Notes under the pieces: generated by a model | Seen by the model: only the letters and a program-made list of their open reading frames with translations | What the model was told of the DNA's origin: nothing | The model's database searches: none | In this document: one piece after another, positions 61,574-64,000 of the stretch | How positions within the stretch are numbered: the stretch's first letter is position 1 | How the letters are laid out: every line of letters begins with the position of its first letter | Assembly (NCBI GenBank): GCA_965652295.1 | Contig: CBFGTS010000004.1 | Span: 233,046-297,045, forward strand | Reading direction: 5' to 3' | DNA: 64,000 bases | Origin: an uncultured Haloferula sp. | Lineage (GTDB): Bacteria; Verrucomicrobiota; Verrucomicrobiia; Verrucomicrobiales; Akkermansiaceae | Translations under genes and position numbers: made by a program

Positions 61574-62179
61574 ATGAAGCCCGCAATACCGCTATCAAAT
61601 CGCGAAATAGCGTCGTATTGGGCGTTACATCAAGACGAGAGTGGACTTGCCGTTGACTGGGCAGAAGCGCATGAGCGGTGCTGGCGATGCGGATACAAGG
61701 GGCGACTTCAGCATTGCCACATAGTCCCAGGATCGCGCGGCGGCCTCTATGGTGTCGAGAATCTCGTTCTTCTTTGCGGTCGTTGCCACCGTGAAGCTCC
61801 AAACATTGCCGACGAACGATACATTTGGATCTGGCTTCGAGCCAACGCTTTTCCATTTTACGACTCATCGTTGTATTTCAGGGCGGTGATTGAGTTCGAG
61901 CACATGTTTGGTCGGCCACCGTTTGAAGGAATGTCAGAAGACCAGTTGCGTGCGGCTCGTGACGAAGTGATGAAGATTATCGACTCTACAATCGTGCACT
62001 GGGGCGAAGGACGAAGGAACCCATCAACTCTTGCTTGCATCTTTGCTAAGACCGAGGAGGCATTGACTGGCGTGCATCCAGAGCCAAGGCGTGGATCGTG
62101 GTTGGAACAAGCGATCTTCGCACCCAAACCAATGGCTAACAACACGCTCCATCCAACGGCGGGCGACGCTCCAGTTTGA
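61574..62179 (+). CDS. Cassette 1: HNH endonuclease with Cys4 zinc motif
   Basis: CWRCG...LQHCHIVP...GG...ENLVLLCGRCH; C-terminus (MANNTLHPT...) is encoded by attC. Confidence 0.88.
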   Translation: MKPAIPLSNREIASYWALHQDESGLAVDWAEAHERCWRCGYKGRLQHCHIVPGSRGGLYGVENLVLLCGRCHREAPNIADERYIWIWLRANAFPFYDSSLYFRAVIEFEHMFGRPPFEGMSEDQLRAARDEVMKIIDSTIVHWGEGRRNPSTLACIFAKTEEALTGVHPEPRRGSWLEQAIFAPKPMANNTLHPTAGDAPV

Positions 62180-62222
62180 ATTCGGACTTCCATCCCCGCC
62201 GTGGATGAGCTAGACGTTATGC
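62134..62222 (+). mobile_element. attC site 1 (89 bp)
   Basis: R'' GGCTAAC; arm GCTC(C)ATCC(A)ACGGCGGG pairs with CCCGCCGTGGATGAGC leaving two extrahelical bases; R' GTTATGC. Confidence 0.93.
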
Positions 62223-62229
62223 CAAGAAT

Positions 62230-62880
62230 ATGGGCGCATTCGTAATTAGCCTAGCAGCCAGCTTAGTGGCGGTTGTCCTCGTCCTTTGGCTCGAGCGACA
62301 GCGTAGGCCATTGCTGGACGCGATCGTCCGAGATCCCACGGTAATCCCCGCAGGCGATCTCAGGCCGCAGTGTACATGGCTCCAAGTGGGAATAGAGAAC
62401 AAGCCGTGTCCATATTGGCTCTCCTGGGTTTATCAGCGCGAGCCGGCTCTAGGCGTGCGAGGGTATCTGACGTTTCATCAGCCCTGCGGATGCAGGCTTC
62501 TAGATGGGCACATGCCGGTTCGTTGGAGTAGTAGCCCCGAGGTTCGAGTTCAACCGACGCAGATTGGCGGGCAGACGGTAGCCTATTTGGAGAACGACGT
62601 GAAGAAGGCCGACGTTCTTGCGAATGCGATCGAACCGATTCATCCTGTAATTACGTTTCCGGATGGGGCCATTCACGGATGGACGAACGAGAGTTACGCC
62701 CATTCATGGCGCCATCCTTCATGGGGGATTCAGGAGACCCATTTCGTCGTGCTTCTCACATTGACCTGCTCGGATCGGACTTTCCAATGGGCCTTCAAAG
62801 TCCTAGCTCCGGGCTACGGTCAGACAACAATTGAAAAACTGGATGCGGAGTTTGTGGGGCGATACGCAAGAAAGGCATAA
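62230..62880 (+). CDS. Cassette 2: hypothetical protein with N-terminal membrane anchor
   Basis: Hydrophobic N-terminus then a beta-rich domain; stop TAA lies within R'' GCATAAC. Confidence 0.8.
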   Translation: MGAFVISLAASLVAVVLVLWLERQRRPLLDAIVRDPTVIPAGDLRPQCTWLQVGIENKPCPYWLSWVYQREPALGVRGYLTFHQPCGCRLLDGHMPVRWSSSPEVRVQPTQIGGQTVAYLENDVKKADVLANAIEPIHPVITFPDGAIHGWTNESYAHSWRHPSWGIQETHFVVLLTLTCSDRTFQWAFKVLAPGYGQTTIEKLDAEFVGRYARKA

Positions 62881-62999
62881 CAAGGCGGCGCTCCTAACAC
62901 CTGCCCCGCCGCGAGTTCGATCCGCCATGACCATTCAACCTTCAACCCACAGTCGAAGCCGCGCCCAAGGGCAGGTGTAGGAGGCCTTTGACGTTAGCC
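62875..62999 (+). mobile_element. attC site 2 (125 bp)
   Basis: R'' GCATAAC; GGC(G)CTCCTA(A)CACCTGCCC pairs with GGGCAGGTGTAGGAGGCC; R' GTTAGCC. Confidence 0.93.
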
Positions 63000-63009
63000 A
63001 AAAGAAATT

Positions 63010-63633
63010 ATGCCAAATTACGTCCACGGCAATATTGAATTCTCAGACGTGAGCGCGATTGTGACGCAAATGGAACAAGGCGGATCGGACCGAGATGTCT
63101 GTATTCTTGCCGGCACCCTTTTGGAAAACGCTCTCAGGCGTCACTTGGAGAAGTTCATCCATAAGAATTCGATTTTTTCTGGGAAAGATCTTTGGGGGCC
63201 GGGCCAACCTCTTGGGACATTCTCAGCAAAGATCGAAGTGGCGCGCGCCTTCGGACTGATTCATGATGTGAATTACGTCGCCCTTCACAGAATCAAGAAG
63301 ATCCGGAATCACTGCGCTCACAGCCTCGGGGTCTCAAACGCTGAGACAGTTTCGCTTGAGGCTGATCCAATTCGAGGATGGCTTCTTGATCTTTTCTCGG
63401 AGCAACTCCTTCAAAAGCTGTCCAAGGAGACTGCGGAAAAAGTGCGAGAGAGCCACAAGAACGCAGTAGAAAATGAACCAAGAATCATATTCAAGGCATA
63501 CGTTTGGCAAATGTGCCTAGAGTGGCTCAGCGATTGGGACGAGGAGACCACTTATGGACTGCTGGTTCCAAAAGATGTCCAACAAGACGGCGCTGGACAA
63601 CCCGCTACCCAATCGCGTCAACCTAAGCAGTGA
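63010..63633 (+). CDS. Cassette 3: MtlR-like HEPN-superfamily protein
   Basis: SDR...I.....LE..L, PLGTFSAKI..A.AFGLI, IKKIRNHCAH (RxxxxH). Confidence 0.8.
   Translation: MPNYVHGNIEFSDVSAIVTQMEQGGSDRDVCILAGTLLENALRRHLEKFIHKNSIFSGKDLWGPGQPLGTFSAKIEVARAFGLIHDVNYVALHRIKKIRNHCAHSLGVSNAETVSLEADPIRGWLLDLFSEQLLQKLSKETAEKVRESHKNAVENEPRIIFKAYVWQMCLEWLSDWDEETTYGLLVPKDVQQDGAGQPATQSRQPKQ
63577..63609 (+). mobile_element. attC site 3, left half only (interrupted by IS)
   Basis: GTCCAAC-AAGAC-GGCGCTGGACAACCCGC parallels the left arm of attC2 (GCATAAC-AAGGC-GGCGCTCCTAACACC). Confidence 0.75.
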
Positions 63634-64000
63634 ATGATTGACTGCCAGTGGTTTGCGCGTCGTCTTCGTTCGTATCTGAGGTGACGGAGATCTGGTGCGA
63701 ACACCCGGAGCTCCTCGAACCGGTCGAGTGACAGGAGATAAATGGAGAAAAAATCACTGATCTTCTCGATGCTCATCCAGCCTCCAGCCCCGTGCTTCCG
63801 GCAGAGGTCGTTGTGAAGTTTCAGCGTCAGAACCTGGTAGATCATGGCTGCGAGGACGAGTGCCTCCAGATGAAAGTAGTCGCTTTTGTGGGTGAGAGCC
63901 CGATGGATCTGGCAGGATTGCTTGAGCGCCCGGAAGTTGATTTCGATGCTCCAGCGTAGCGAATAGATGTCATTGAGCCTTCTCGGGGTGATCGCCTTCG
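63610..64000 (-). mobile_element. IS4-family insertion sequence, 3' end of transposase (partial) and terminal inverted repeat
   Basis: Open frame 63998 to 63618 contains YSLRWSIEINFRALK (Y-2-R-3-E-6-K signature); probable terminus CAATCGCGTCAACCTAAG at 63610-63627. Confidence 0.88.

Larger units (their letters stand above)
61562..63609 (+). mobile_element. Integron-type gene cassette array (at least 3 cassettes, no intI in window)
   Basis: Single same-strand ORFs each starting 5-10 nt after GTTRRRY-like cores and each followed by an attC; visibly more AT-rich than the host genes. Confidence 0.92.

Overview
GC-rich bacterial chromosome segment that looks like Verrucomicrobiota (Haloferula/Luteolibacter-like). 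That assignment is inferred from a PEP-CTERM protein, eukaryote-type HisA, type-B L36 and PVC-style short repeats. Positions 1-60.4 kb are mostly housekeeping and accessory metabolism: pyrD, feoAB, ctaA, gap, hflKC, malQ, envelope/LPS genes, tRNA-Arg(CCT), parE-like, hisA, galM, an L36 gene missing from the ORF track, tcdA, phrB, a stand-alone rpoA-rplQ pair, a Moco operon with assimilatory nitrate reductase, two two-component pairs plus an orphan kinase, and a MacAB-TolC-type pump. A REP-associated tyrosine transposase (RAYT) is flanked by two identical hairpins. The most notable region is 61.4-64 kb, the head of an integron-type gene-cassette array with no integrase visible in the window. 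It has a sigma70-like promoter, a degenerate attI/half-attC site, and three cassettes (HNH nuclease, a membrane-anchored unknown, and an MtlR-like HEPN protein with RxxxxH). Two attC sites are textbook; the third is split by an IS4-family element. The cassette content suggests a possible anti-phage array, which is inference only. A dispersed family of heptamer/octamer inverted mini-repeats also occurs, one copy sitting in frame (93 bp) inside the nitrate reductase gene. All calls are from motif recognition by eye; no searches were run.
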